Below are positions 48,458-58,132 of a DNA stretch of 61,618 nt, one piece after another. Origin of the DNA: an uncultured Bdellovibrionales bacterium (lineage in GTDB: Bacteria; Bdellovibrionota_C; UBA2361; CAZKXU01). The notes under the pieces are model-generated. The model searched no databases and was not told where the DNA came from. It saw only the letters and a program-made list of their open reading frames with translations. Position 1 is the stretch's first letter. Each line of letters begins with the position of its first letter. The position numbers and the translations under genes were made by a program. The stretch covers positions 1 to 61,618 of the forward strand of contig CAZKXU010000006.1 in the NCBI GenBank assembly GCA_964556665.1, read 5' to 3'.

Positions 48458-51400
48458 TGTTGCTAGAAGCAGTTGCAGTAAAATTAAGAGAATTTTCAGC
48501 TCAGATCGTTAAGCTAAACGATGCTCAGAGTCTCTGTGATTTTGCTGCAGAATTTATAGCCGGAGAGGTTAAGCCTGACTGTATATTTCTCTACTATTCA
48601 ATTGATAATCTAAAGATTCACACAAGGATTGAAAGCAAGTTAGCAAAAGTTGATGTCTATGATTGGGAGCCTATTTACGATCCATTTGTAACCTCAGCTG
48701 ATGAGATTACGCTGCCACTTTATATCAATGATCTGCAACGCAACGTCATCCCATTACCTCTCCAGCCTCGCATTAGGGCAGATCTTAAATCTTTAGCTAT
48801 TTGGGGGATAGAGCGCGGCACTTTAGTCAGTGGAGCGATAGAGCTTCACTTCGGTGATGCATACCACCGTTGGCGTCGCGAAGAGCTTTTTCTGATAGAG
48901 CAGCTCTCTCAACTATTAGCAGTGGCCTTAGAGAGGTTCAGTACTTCAACTGCTGCTATCACAGATAATTCAGCTGAATATGAGCGCGTAGCGGAATATG
49001 GCAATCTCTTAATTGTACGCACCGACCGGGAACTTCGTATCACAAGTGTATTTGGCAGCACTGAGCGCATTACCGGAATTAAATTAAATGATTTTCTGAA
49101 TGATAGTGACATTTGGATGCGTGTAATTTACCCGCAAGATCTAGTAAAGCTTAGCCGCAAGATCGCCCGCATGCGACTTAGCCCATCCGAGATTTCCGAA
49201 GAGATTAGAATCCTCCATCAGGAGAGCGGAGCATTACGTTGGATACTACTTCGCGCCATACCTCTTTACGACAAAGGGAGGAATTTCATAGGTTGGGAGG
49301 GTTTTGGTTTAGATATAACGGACCGTTATGAAGCCCAGCAAGGGCTTAAGGCTCAAAGTAAAAGAGTAGAGGCACTCTATCAAATTTCACGTGCCTTACA
49401 GTTCACTATGGACCCGGCACTCGTGGTATTAAAGGGGCTAAAATCTCTCATTAAAGCTACTAATTCAGATGCCGGCATCGGCTTATTTTACGACCGTAAT
49501 AGTGAAATGTTGGAATTAGTCGCAGCCGAAGGTCTTTCACAGCAGTATGTTGCAGCAGTGAATAAGGTAATAAATGGGCCAAGTCTTGTACGGTATGCTA
49601 TTGATAACCGTGAAGGTATTTTACTTGATAATATTCAGCAAGATTCTAGAGCCGCAGTAGAAGTCGCCAAAATCGAGGATTTAAAATCCACGATTGTTAT
49701 GCCGCTTATGATTGACCAAACCGTATTAGGAGCGCTTGTTCTTTTTTGTAGAAAGGCGTCACGCTACAGTAATGCGGATTTTGAGCTAGTTGAAGCAGCA
49801 GCAAATCAGGTAGTTTTGGTATGCAAACAGGCGGATTTTTATGCAGCAGAGAAGAGACAGGCAAGCTCCTTAGCGGCGTTGTACCGATTAAGTCATGAGT
49901 TGGCAAAACATACGGCAACTAAAGAGATAGCAGAGAGTGCCTTCCCGGTTATTCAGGAGGAGTTTGGCTGTAAGAGGATATGGTTCGGTGTAATTAACGA
50001 CCAAGGCACTCATATTGTAGGCCAGGCTGGATATGGTCCTGGCATAAGACAGAGCATCATAGATGTACAGATCGAGTTAGATCTGCGACATGATTTCCTA
50101 GATGATGCTATTAAAAGTAAGAAGCCGGTAATAGTTAAGCCAGGGGAGCCGATGGAATGCTCCGGATTAGCACGTATCATGAAGAAACTAAAGCCTGGAA
50201 CCTTCATAATTGTGCCGTTAATCTCTCTCGGGCAGGTTATGGGTATTTTAGTGGTTGAACCTTCCGTTCCATCTAACTTTTTTGCACAGAGCAAGTTGCC
50301 GCTCTTAAGAAGTATGGCGAGTGAGATCGCAAATGTGATTTTAGCACGAAGATTCGAGTATAGAATGGCAGAGGCCGACAAGATGAGGATGGCCGGCATG
50401 TTAGCTTCAGGAGTAGCTCATAATTTCAATAATATGCTCCAAGCAGTTATGGGACAAGCCTCACTTATCGAAATGCAGCTTCCTGAGGACTCCATGCTAC
50501 GACCTTCAGCTAAGATGATCGTTGAAGCAGCGCACCGAGGGGCGCTACTGATTAAGCAACTGCTTAGTTTTTCCCGCGCAGAATCAGTCTCCTGTGTGCC
50601 TATCTCACTCAAAAAGATGCTTTTAGATTCAAATGATTTTTACAGATCGGTATTAGGCTCAGCTGTCGCGTTGAACGTAGAGATTGGAGAGGATGTGCCT
50701 GAGGTTAAGGCGGATTACAATCAGCTGCAGCAGGTCATAGCAAATATCCTAGTTAATGCTAAAGAAGCTATTAATTTTAAAACTGACGGCAAGGTCGATT
50801 TATCGCTTAAACGGGTGCGATTACTTTCAGGCGAGGTTGACCCGGAATTGCCGCCTGGAGTGTATGTTAGGCTGGACATATCAGATAACGGTGCCGGCAT
50901 GGACGCAGAGCGGCAACGCCGTTGTTTTGAGCCATTTTTTACTACAAAGAATACCGACTCAGGTAGTGGGGTTGGTATCAGCGGTTCTGGGTTAGGACTT
51001 TCTACTGCATATTCAATCATAAGACAGCATGATGGCATGCTTACAGTAAGAAGCTCCCCCGGACAGGGCTCTGTCTTTAGCTTACTCATTCCAGCATTGG
51101 TAGCTATAAAAGAGAGTGCTAAAACTGAACAGACAAAATATGAAGCACTTGATGTCATGATCTTCGATCTTGATGATTCAACCAGTCTCTCCGTAAAGTC
51201 TGCGCTTGAATCGATCGGACTTAACTCTGCTATCTACTCTGATCGAGAGGATCTATTTAAGACGGTTAAAGAGAGTAGTAAGGTTTCCCTCCTCATCTTT
51301 GATGCCGAACGGTACGGCTATGAGTTTGAGGAGATGATTAGCAAGATTAGAGCAATGAAGCCTGAACTTAAGATCTTGATCTCAGCTCTTAATTACACCC

Positions 51401-51621
51401 GTTGGCAACGCATCTTTGGTCATTTAGAAGGTATTGAGATCATAGAAAAACCTATCGGCGTTTGGGCTGTGCACTCAGCGGCTAAGAGACTATTGGGAAG
51501 AAATAATGCTACACAGAAACTTGTTCAGGCAATTGAAAAGGAGAAGATTAACACGGAATTAAATCTCTCCGGCGAGTCTCAGGAGAATAATGACACACTA
51601 CTTTATGGATCAAAACTGTAA
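48457..51621 (+). CDS. Cytoplasmic hybrid histidine kinase (GAF-PAS-GAF-GAF-HisKA-HATPase-REC)
   Basis: PAS W...IYPQD...RW...DIT; AHNFNN H-box; NILVNAKEA; DNGAGM; FEPFFTTK; GSGLGL; REC LLIFD...EKP. Confidence 0.9.
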   Translation: MLLEAVAVKLREFSAQIVKLNDAQSLCDFAAEFIAGEVKPDCIFLYYSIDNLKIHTRIESKLAKVDVYDWEPIYDPFVTSADEITLPLYINDLQRNVIPLPLQPRIRADLKSLAIWGIERGTLVSGAIELHFGDAYHRWRREELFLIEQLSQLLAVALERFSTSTAAITDNSAEYERVAEYGNLLIVRTDRELRITSVFGSTERITGIKLNDFLNDSDIWMRVIYPQDLVKLSRKIARMRLSPSEISEEIRILHQESGALRWILLRAIPLYDKGRNFIGWEGFGLDITDRYEAQQGLKAQSKRVEALYQISRALQFTMDPALVVLKGLKSLIKATNSDAGIGLFYDRNSEMLELVAAEGLSQQYVAAVNKVINGPSLVRYAIDNREGILLDNIQQDSRAAVEVAKIEDLKSTIVMPLMIDQTVLGALVLFCRKASRYSNADFELVEAAANQVVLVCKQADFYAAEKRQASSLAALYRLSHELAKHTATKEIAESAFPVIQEEFGCKRIWFGVINDQGTHIVGQAGYGPGIRQSIIDVQIELDLRHDFLDDAIKSKKPVIVKPGEPMECSGLARIMKKLKPGTFIIVPLISLGQVMGILVVEPSVPSNFFAQSKLPLLRSMASEIANVILARRFEYRMAEADKMRMAGMLASGVAHNFNNMLQAVMGQASLIEMQLPEDSMLRPSAKMIVEAAHRGALLIKQLLSFSRAESVSCVPISLKKMLLDSNDFYRSVLGSAVALNVEIGEDVPEVKADYNQLQQVIANILVNAKEAINFKTDGKVDLSLKRVRLLSGEVDPELPPGVYVRLDISDNGAGMDAERQRRCFEPFFTTKNTDSGSGVGISGSGLGLSTAYSIIRQHDGMLTVRSSPGQGSVFSLLIPALVAIKESAKTEQTKYEALDVMIFDLDDSTSLSVKSALESIGLNSAIYSDREDLFKTVKESSKVSLLIFDAERYGYEFEEMISKIRAMKPELKILISALNYTRWQRIFGHLEGIEIIEKPIGVWAVHSAAKRLLGRNNATQKLVQAIEKEKINTELNLSGESQENNDTLLYGSKL

Positions 51622-51625
51622 CCGT

Positions 51626-51883
51626 ATGGTTAATCCCAAATACAAGCTCGCTATCGGACTGGAATATGAAGAGAATGGAGAGGCAGCTCCTAGGCTGGGA
51701 GTAAAGGGTGAAAACCTTATTGCAGATGAGGTTGTTAAGGTAGCCCGTCGTTTTGGTATTCCGGTCGTAGAAAAGGCAGATCTAGCAAAATCCCTCACTG
51801 CGCTTGAATTAGAGGAGGAGATCCCTGAGAGCCTATATCAAGCCGTTGCCGTTATATTAAATGAAATAGGAAAGAAGGGCTAA
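51626..51883 (+). CDS. Stand-alone SctU/FlhB C-terminal (CC) domain (FlhX-like)
   Basis: MVNP...AIGLEY.....AP....KG....A......A....IPVVE...LA..L.......IPESLYQAVAVIL. Confidence 0.88.
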   Translation: MVNPKYKLAIGLEYEENGEAAPRLGVKGENLIADEVVKVARRFGIPVVEKADLAKSLTALELEEEIPESLYQAVAVILNEIGKKG

Positions 51884-51985
51884 GTTAAAGAAAGGACAGT
51901 AGTCTATAATATATCTTTTCAGATAGGCATACCTCTTGCACTTTACAGATTCCTTAGTTTTTTAATATAATCTAGGGGGTTAGAC

Positions 51986-53044
51986 GTGTTTGCAGATTCT
52001 ATCTCGGACTCTAGTTTCCCATATATGAGTACTTTAGAGTTAATTGAACTTAAGAACCAGGGTGCACACTCTCTTGCAGTATTGCAGGCAGATACGTTAA
52101 TTGGACGTGAGCCGGATAGTGGTGGGATTGCAGTTAACAATAGTGCTGTCTCAAGAAACCACGGTAGGTTTATGCGTGTCTCCGATTACTGGCTTTTCAA
52201 AGACCTAGCTAGCACTAATGGATCTTGGCTAAACGGTCAGCAGCTCCGCTCAGAGCAATTATGCATATTAAGGCAGTCAGATATTTTGCAGCTTGCTGAT
52301 AGTGCCTTTAAGATTTTGATTAAATCCCCATCTGAGTCTAATAAGCTTCCAACAGGTCGTTCTTTATTAGTTTTTAAAAATGATACATTTGTTGAGGAGT
52401 ATCATATCCCGGAATACGGGAGAGCGTTCGTTTTAGGAGGCAGAGAAGGTGATCTGCAGTTTGAGGAGAGCGGAGAGGATCTCCCGGTACTTGTAGTGGA
52501 GGGCCGCGGCGCAGATATCGTAGTTTATGGTCTAAGAAAGTCACAAAGTATTACTGTTAATGGTGAGGAGACTCGTTCGACTAAAGTAGTCGTCGAGCGC
52601 GATGAGATTAAATTTAAGAATTATTCGTTTCTTATTAACTGTGCAAGAGCTGTCACGCGTATGACAGAGAAAGAGCCACCTCCACAGATTAAAGCGAAGC
52701 CTGTAGTAGCAGGAGGAGCTGCGGTGCTAAAGGAGTGGGGCAGCGAAGAGCCAGCGCACAGGAGCGTATCCACGCAGGAGAAGGGGATGCGTACCCATTC
52801 CGGGCGTATCATGTTTGGTGCTATAAGTGAAGGAGAAGTGGAGTCGGATGCTACAGTGGCTATCGACTCGTCCATTGTCTCACGCCGTCTTTCAGGAATT
52901 GAAAAGAATCCAGTCTTGTCGAGACATGAAGAGGATTCACAGGAGTTGATGCTTAATTCATTAGAGGATCGGCTCCTAATAGTAATCGGTTTTGTAATGC
53001 TGATAGCCTTGATGATTGGTGTGGCTGTTTGGGTGTTCGTGTAA
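51986..53044 (+). CDS. FHA-domain protein with second FHA-like domain and C-terminal TM anchor
   Basis: IGR, VSRNH, DLASTNGSWLNG; C-terminal LLIVIGFVMLIALMIGVAVWVFV; true start may be ATG 52026. Confidence 0.85.
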   Translation: MFADSISDSSFPYMSTLELIELKNQGAHSLAVLQADTLIGREPDSGGIAVNNSAVSRNHGRFMRVSDYWLFKDLASTNGSWLNGQQLRSEQLCILRQSDILQLADSAFKILIKSPSESNKLPTGRSLLVFKNDTFVEEYHIPEYGRAFVLGGREGDLQFEESGEDLPVLVVEGRGADIVVYGLRKSQSITVNGEETRSTKVVVERDEIKFKNYSFLINCARAVTRMTEKEPPPQIKAKPVVAGGAAVLKEWGSEEPAHRSVSTQEKGMRTHSGRIMFGAISEGEVESDATVAIDSSIVSRRLSGIEKNPVLSRHEEDSQELMLNSLEDRLLIVIGFVMLIALMIGVAVWVFV

Positions 53045-53144
53045 ATCTAAGAACAATCAATATCTACTCTAAGACTTTTTACTAAATACATATGTCCACG
53101 CGAAGCGTAGCCCAGCACGCAAAGGAATTAAATGGGATTCCGTT

Positions 53145-53170
53145 GCGGGCTGAAAGCCCGCGGTCCCAGT
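53145..53170. repeat. Single intact REP arm with a degenerate partner upstream
   Basis: gcgggctgaaagcccgcggtcccagt. Confidence 0.75.
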
Positions 53171-53185
53171 GAGATTCAGATTGTA

Positions 53186-54163
53186 CTAACTCGGCAACAC
53201 CACCCTAAGTTTATACGCACTAAGATCAAGCCTTTTATATTCAATCTGTAGTTTGTTCGTCTTAACGATATCCTGTAAGGCCTCTTTGCAAAGTAATCTT
53301 TCTCCTACGCTCTGCTCTCCAAAAATTAGATCAATGTCAGAGGCAGCGCCGCCCCAGGAACCCTGCTGAGCTTCAGCAGTGATAATAAGATTGCATTTTG
53401 AATGGTCGGGGAGTACCCTAATCTCAATTATCCCTGAGGAGCCAACCGTATCAACAGCTAAAAGTATAAGCTCTGCTAGGATTCTAAAAAGATGCGGCTG
53501 GGTAAGTAGAATCTTCAGATCCTCGCGGCAGTCAACACGTACTGACACATCTGATGGAATAACATGATCAAGGTATTGTAAGACTATGTTGAGTGTGGAC
53601 TGAATGCTGCTTTGAGGGTTTTTATTAGCTGTAGGAGTGTCGATACTAACTGATTGGAGCGCACCGCGATCTAGTAGGACACTACTTGCTAACAATCCAA
53701 GAGATCGTCCACGCGAGACATCCCTAACTGTCCTTGCTAAATCGCGCACGGCTACTTTAACTCGCTCAGCACCATAAATCCTCTCGCGGCGTAGTGCGAT
53801 GAAAGCCCAGTACGTAAGCTCTACATCAAAGGGCTGCTGTAGTACTACCGCACAGCCAGCTTCGTATAGTGGCCTGCTAAAACTTCGATCGTCAGATAGC
53901 AAAAGAGTTACTACTGGAATGTGAGCTAGATCTGGATCTGCTTTAAGTTCAGCTAATTTTGCCAGGGCATTTATCTCACCACTAAGTAGGCTAGGAACAA
54001 TCACCAGATCAAAAGGATCTGCCTCATCCCGCATTAAGTGCAAAATATCTTTTCCCTCATTTACTTCACGAACCATATAGTCGTGACGTCTAAACAGATT
54101 AGTAATCTGCGTCCTTTTACTATCAGAGGGCTTAAATAATGCGATGCGTAAAGGAATGTTCAA
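53186..54163 (-). CDS. Degenerate receiver domain plus pseudo-histidine-kinase-like protein
   Basis: REC-like FDLVIVP, IPVV.L, QQPF; SLGLLASSVLLD lacks the His; L..ILAELILLA.D in the N-box position. Confidence 0.65.
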   Translation of the reverse strand: MNIPLRIALFKPSDSKRTQITNLFRRHDYMVREVNEGKDILHLMRDEADPFDLVIVPSLLSGEINALAKLAELKADPDLAHIPVVTLLLSDDRSFSRPLYEAGCAVVLQQPFDVELTYWAFIALRRERIYGAERVKVAVRDLARTVRDVSRGRSLGLLASSVLLDRGALQSVSIDTPTANKNPQSSIQSTLNIVLQYLDHVIPSDVSVRVDCREDLKILLTQPHLFRILAELILLAVDTVGSSGIIEIRVLPDHSKCNLIITAEAQQGSWGGAASDIDLIFGEQSVGERLLCKEALQDIVKTNKLQIEYKRLDLSAYKLRVVLPS

Positions 54164-54209
54164 GATTGGGCCCTTTTAATTATCACCTAGTCATTATATA
54201 TTAACCGTT

Positions 54210-55154
54210 ATGCGTTGCATAGTAACAGGAGTAGCGGGCTTTGTAGGCTCTTCTCTGGCAGAGAGGCTATTAAGGGATGGACATACCGTTATCGGTATTG
54301 ACTGTTTTGTCGAGTATTACCCGCGGGGTATTAAGACTAGAAATCTAGCTTCTTTATTGGGAAATCCTAAATTCACTTTTATAGAAAAAGATATACTTGC
54401 GCTTGATATTAAGAATGAATTTGCCGGCGCAGAACTTATTTTTCATCAGGCAGGGCAAGCAGGAGTGAGAGCTAGCTGGGGGAGTTATTTTGATACTTAT
54501 TGCAGACATAATATCCTAGCTACGCAGCATATTTTAGAGGGAATAAAGGGGCAGTCTAATATCAAAAAGCTGGTTTTTGCCTCAAGCTCATCTGTCTATG
54601 GTGATGCAGAGAGCTTTCCTACGAAGGAGTCAACTTTGCCCAAACCAGTAAGTCCATACGGAGTAACGAAACTTGCGGCTGAGCATCTAGTCACTCTTTA
54701 TGCTTCCCAATTTGGAGTGCCGACTACCTCGTTAAGGTATTTTACGGTATTTGGTCCGCGTCAGCGCCCAGATATGGCCTTTAACCGTTTCATGCGTCAG
54801 GCACTAACAAATGAAGAGATTACACTTTACGGTGATGGAACACAGAGTCGTGATTTCACATTTATAGACGATATAGTCACAGCCAATATTTTAGCCTCTG
54901 AGCATGGTACTCCAGGATCGGTATACAATATTGGTGGTGGAACTCATGCTACCGTTAATCAAGTACTAGAGATAATTGCCTCATTCGGTGTTAACTTAAA
55001 TATTAAACGTTATGACAGGCAGATTGGTGATGCTAAGCATACAAGTGCTGATACCTCAAAAGCAGGTGTAGAGCTTGGTTTCATTCCTAAAGTTAACCTA
55101 ATCGACGGCTTAAAAGCTGAATTTGATTGGATGAAGAGAGAGTTGGGGTGCTAG
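54210..55154 (+). CDS. NAD-dependent nucleotide-sugar epimerase/dehydratase
   Basis: VTGVAGFVG, ASSSSVYG, SPYGVTK, LRYFTVFGPRQRPDMA, RDFTFIDD. Confidence 0.92.
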   Translation: MRCIVTGVAGFVGSSLAERLLRDGHTVIGIDCFVEYYPRGIKTRNLASLLGNPKFTFIEKDILALDIKNEFAGAELIFHQAGQAGVRASWGSYFDTYCRHNILATQHILEGIKGQSNIKKLVFASSSSVYGDAESFPTKESTLPKPVSPYGVTKLAAEHLVTLYASQFGVPTTSLRYFTVFGPRQRPDMAFNRFMRQALTNEEITLYGDGTQSRDFTFIDDIVTANILASEHGTPGSVYNIGGGTHATVNQVLEIIASFGVNLNIKRYDRQIGDAKHTSADTSKAGVELGFIPKVNLIDGLKAEFDWMKRELGC

Positions 55155-55251
55155 TCATTATACGGAAGTTGCTTGTATAGACTTGTATAGAGAATATGAC
55201 CTTTTCGATTTTAACAGCAGTGGTTTTGTCATAATTAGCGACTTCTAAGCA

Positions 55252-56247
55252 ATGAAAATTCTTTTAGTTCAGACTAGCTTTCTTGGAGATGTGATCCTTT
55301 CAACTCCTGTCATTGCAGGCATTAAGAAAATATATCCGCAATCTGAGGTTTGGTGTATGACTACACCCCTTGCCGCGCCACTACTGCAGCGCGATCCACT
55401 TATCTCCGGAATAGTGGAGCTTGATAAGCATGGAAAGCATCGTGGCATTTTGGGCAGTAGGAAGATAATAGCACAACTTCGAGAAATGCGCTTTGACAAG
55501 GCTTACTCTCTTCATAGATCTGCGCGTACAGCTTTGCTGCTTTATTTTGCACAGATCCCAGAGAGGATCGGGTTTTCATCTGCAAAACTCTCCTTTCTCT
55601 ATACCCGTACTGTAAAACGACTTAAAGGAGTGCATGATGTTGTTAGGAATTTATCACTACTAACTAAGGACGCCTCCCTAGATCTGCTAGATAGCAGCCT
55701 TAGAGTCTTTGCGCCTCAGGAGAATGAGATTTCAGCTGAAATCTCAACACTGCGAGGTGCTGTTATCTTGGTTCCAGGTAGTAGCTGGAGAACTAAGATG
55801 TGGCGTGCTGAGGGGTATAGTGATCTCGCATCTTTCTTCCTTTCTAAGGGGTTAGAAGTAATATTGACCGGTAATAGCAAGGAACGGCTTCTCTGTGATA
55901 AGGTAGGTGCCGGGATGGCGGTGAAGAACCTTGCTGGCAGGATATCGCTAGATGAGATGTTGTTTCTGGTTAAACACTCTAAGCTCCTAGTTTGTAATGA
56001 CAGTATGGCATTACACTTGGCCTCCGCTTTTAAGATACCGAACGTAGCTATCTTTTGTGCGACCTCACCACAGTTTGGTTTTGGACCATGGGAGAACAAT
56101 GGGATAGTTGTGGAAAAAGAAGGGCTTCGATGTAAGCCCTGTAGTCCTCATGGAAGTGCTCGCTGCCCAACTGGTACATGGGCATGTATGAATGAGCTTG
56201 ATTCTTATCGAGCATTAGAGGCTGCACGTTCGTTGTTGGGTTATTAA
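55252..56247 (+). CDS. GT9 LPS heptosyltransferase (WaaF-like)
   Basis: SFLGDVILSTP, PGS.W.TKMW, NDS..LHLASA. Confidence 0.88.
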   Translation: MKILLVQTSFLGDVILSTPVIAGIKKIYPQSEVWCMTTPLAAPLLQRDPLISGIVELDKHGKHRGILGSRKIIAQLREMRFDKAYSLHRSARTALLLYFAQIPERIGFSSAKLSFLYTRTVKRLKGVHDVVRNLSLLTKDASLDLLDSSLRVFAPQENEISAEISTLRGAVILVPGSSWRTKMWRAEGYSDLASFFLSKGLEVILTGNSKERLLCDKVGAGMAVKNLAGRISLDEMLFLVKHSKLLVCNDSMALHLASAFKIPNVAIFCATSPQFGFGPWENNGIVVEKEGLRCKPCSPHGSARCPTGTWACMNELDSYRALEAARSLLGY

Positions 56248-56945
56248 TGGGATTAGTTTTGCATCATCTTTCAGGATATGCCTTTGGAACAGAGGAGGAC
56301 TTCCCGGTCGAGAGACTTAAGGATCTTCGCAATCTTCTATTGCTTCCTGAGGAGCAAACCGCACGCACTAGACTTGGTGGTCGAAGTCCAATCATTCGTG
56401 GCGAAGTGCCAGGTCTAGGAGTTGTAGTAGTAAAGAGATATACCCGTGGTGGCATCATAGGCAGATTAATTAAGCATCGTTACTTGAAATTAGGTGATAC
56501 AAGAGGCCAGCGCGAGTTTAGTATTATGAAAAAAGCTAGTGAGTTAGGTGTTAATACAGCCAAGCCACTTGCCTTTGCGTATTCCGGATGGCCGCTATAC
56601 TCGGCCTGGCTCTTTACAGAGGAGCTTAAGGGTGTTCGCACATTAGCTGAGATCTCTCGGTGTGATGAAAATATCGCAGATTATATTCATTCCGCAGCTC
56701 AGCAGATAGCCTCACTAATTCACTCAGGAATATTTCATGTTGATCTGCATCCTGGCAATATTCTTGTAGATGAGGCAGGCAAGGTATATCTTTTTGATTT
56801 TGATAAAGCTACTTACTTTAAAGGAAACCAAAGGCAGCTCAGGGATAACTACATCACTAGATGGAGGAGAGCGGTAATTAAGCACGGCCTTCCAGATTCA
56901 TTATCTGAGCATCTGTGCGGCGAACTGAGAAGGAGCTATGAGTAG
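56247..56945 (+). CDS. Kdo/LPS kinase (KdkA-like)
   Basis: LGGR, KRYTRGG, R..REF, H.DLHPGNIL, FDFDKA. Confidence 0.82.
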   Translation: MGLVLHHLSGYAFGTEEDFPVERLKDLRNLLLLPEEQTARTRLGGRSPIIRGEVPGLGVVVVKRYTRGGIIGRLIKHRYLKLGDTRGQREFSIMKKASELGVNTAKPLAFAYSGWPLYSAWLFTEELKGVRTLAEISRCDENIADYIHSAAQQIASLIHSGIFHVDLHPGNILVDEAGKVYLFDFDKATYFKGNQRQLRDNYITRWRRAVIKHGLPDSLSEHLCGELRRSYE

Positions 56946-57047
56946 TTTAAGTTAGATTTTCAGTTACTGATCAGATCTGATGCCGACTTAAAATGCCGTG
57001 ATCCAGCCTTAGTGGTTAATCTACTCTCTATATGATATCAATAAGTT

Positions 57048-58058
57048 ATGCCTCTTTCTATTCTTATCATCTTACTAGGGTCAATCGGTGATGTAGCGCG
57101 TGGCCTGGCTCTTGTTAATGACTTAAAACGTGCTTATCCAAATGTGCGCATCTCCTGGGTTGTAGAGCCTAAAAGCGCAGCCTTAGTTGAACTTCATTCA
57201 GGTATAGATAAAATATTTATTTTTAGAAGACAGTCAGGAGTCTTAGCTTTTCTAGAGTTAATCTCAGAACTTCGCAAGGAAAAGTTTGATATTAGTCTTG
57301 ATCTTCAACGCCACCTTAAAAGTGGTTTAATCTCATTTTTTTCAGCAGCAAGACGAAGACTTGGATTTCATCCCAAAAACTGTAAAGAGTTTAACTATCT
57401 ATTTAATTCAGAGTATATTCCATATACACCTGACAATGTTTCTAAGCTTGCTCATTATCAGCAATTTTTAAGTAAGCTCGGCGCAGCTATATCTACAAAG
57501 CCTGACTTTGGTATAAAGCCAATAGAGCTTACTAATGCGACTAAAGAGAGGTTACACTTCACTAAACCTTATGTAGTCCTAGTTTTAGGATCTTCTTGGC
57601 AGACTAAAAATTGGCCGTTGCAGGGATATATGGATCTCATTGAGAAGCTTCTTAAAGATGGTCATTATGCGATTGTGCTGGTGGGAGATCGTTCTCAGGT
57701 TAAGCTAGCCGAAGACCTCATGTCAAAGCTGCCTCAGGGGGATGATGTCGTAAATTTAGCAGGACAGATAACTCTTAAGGAGTTAGTAACGGTGCTTAAG
57801 AATGCCCGCCTCTCTATAGGGCCCGATTCCGGTCCTGGGCATATAGCCGCTGCGATTGGAACGCCGTATATCCCATTATTTGGTCCAACTGCGCCGCTGC
57901 GGGTAGCACCGTTCATGTCCGAAGCTCTAGTAGTCCGCAGTGAAATAGCCTGCTCGCCGTGCAATAGAAAAAAATGCCCTGGGCTAAATACCCTTTGTAT
58001 GCGCCTTATTACTGCGGATGCAGTGTTGCAAAAAGTAAGGATGGCGGATAGATTGTAA
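57048..58058 (+). CDS. GT9 LPS heptosyltransferase (WaaC-like)
   Basis: GSIGDV, ISWVVE, DLQ..LKS, TKNWP, DSGPGHIAAA, LFGPT. Confidence 0.88.
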   Translation: MPLSILIILLGSIGDVARGLALVNDLKRAYPNVRISWVVEPKSAALVELHSGIDKIFIFRRQSGVLAFLELISELRKEKFDISLDLQRHLKSGLISFFSAARRRLGFHPKNCKEFNYLFNSEYIPYTPDNVSKLAHYQQFLSKLGAAISTKPDFGIKPIELTNATKERLHFTKPYVVLVLGSSWQTKNWPLQGYMDLIEKLLKDGHYAIVLVGDRSQVKLAEDLMSKLPQGDDVVNLAGQITLKELVTVLKNARLSIGPDSGPGHIAAAIGTPYIPLFGPTAPLRVAPFMSEALVVRSEIACSPCNRKKCPGLNTLCMRLITADAVLQKVRMADRL

Positions 58059-58072
58059 TTGCTAAAAAGTTT

Positions 58073-58101
58073 GGATTTCACTCATGCAGTGAGTGAAATC
58101 C
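58073..58101. terminator. Perfect 12-bp hairpin between the GT9 and heptose kinase genes
   Basis: ggatttcactca-tgcag-tgagtgaaatcc. Confidence 0.45.
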
Positions 58102-58132
58102 CTAGATATGTCGAAATCAACTTATTACCTAT

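Noticed and set aside
48909-51158. Many antisense ORFs over the kinase (and over other housekeeping genes)
   Set aside because: Shadow ORFs of well-supported genes, with no motifs.
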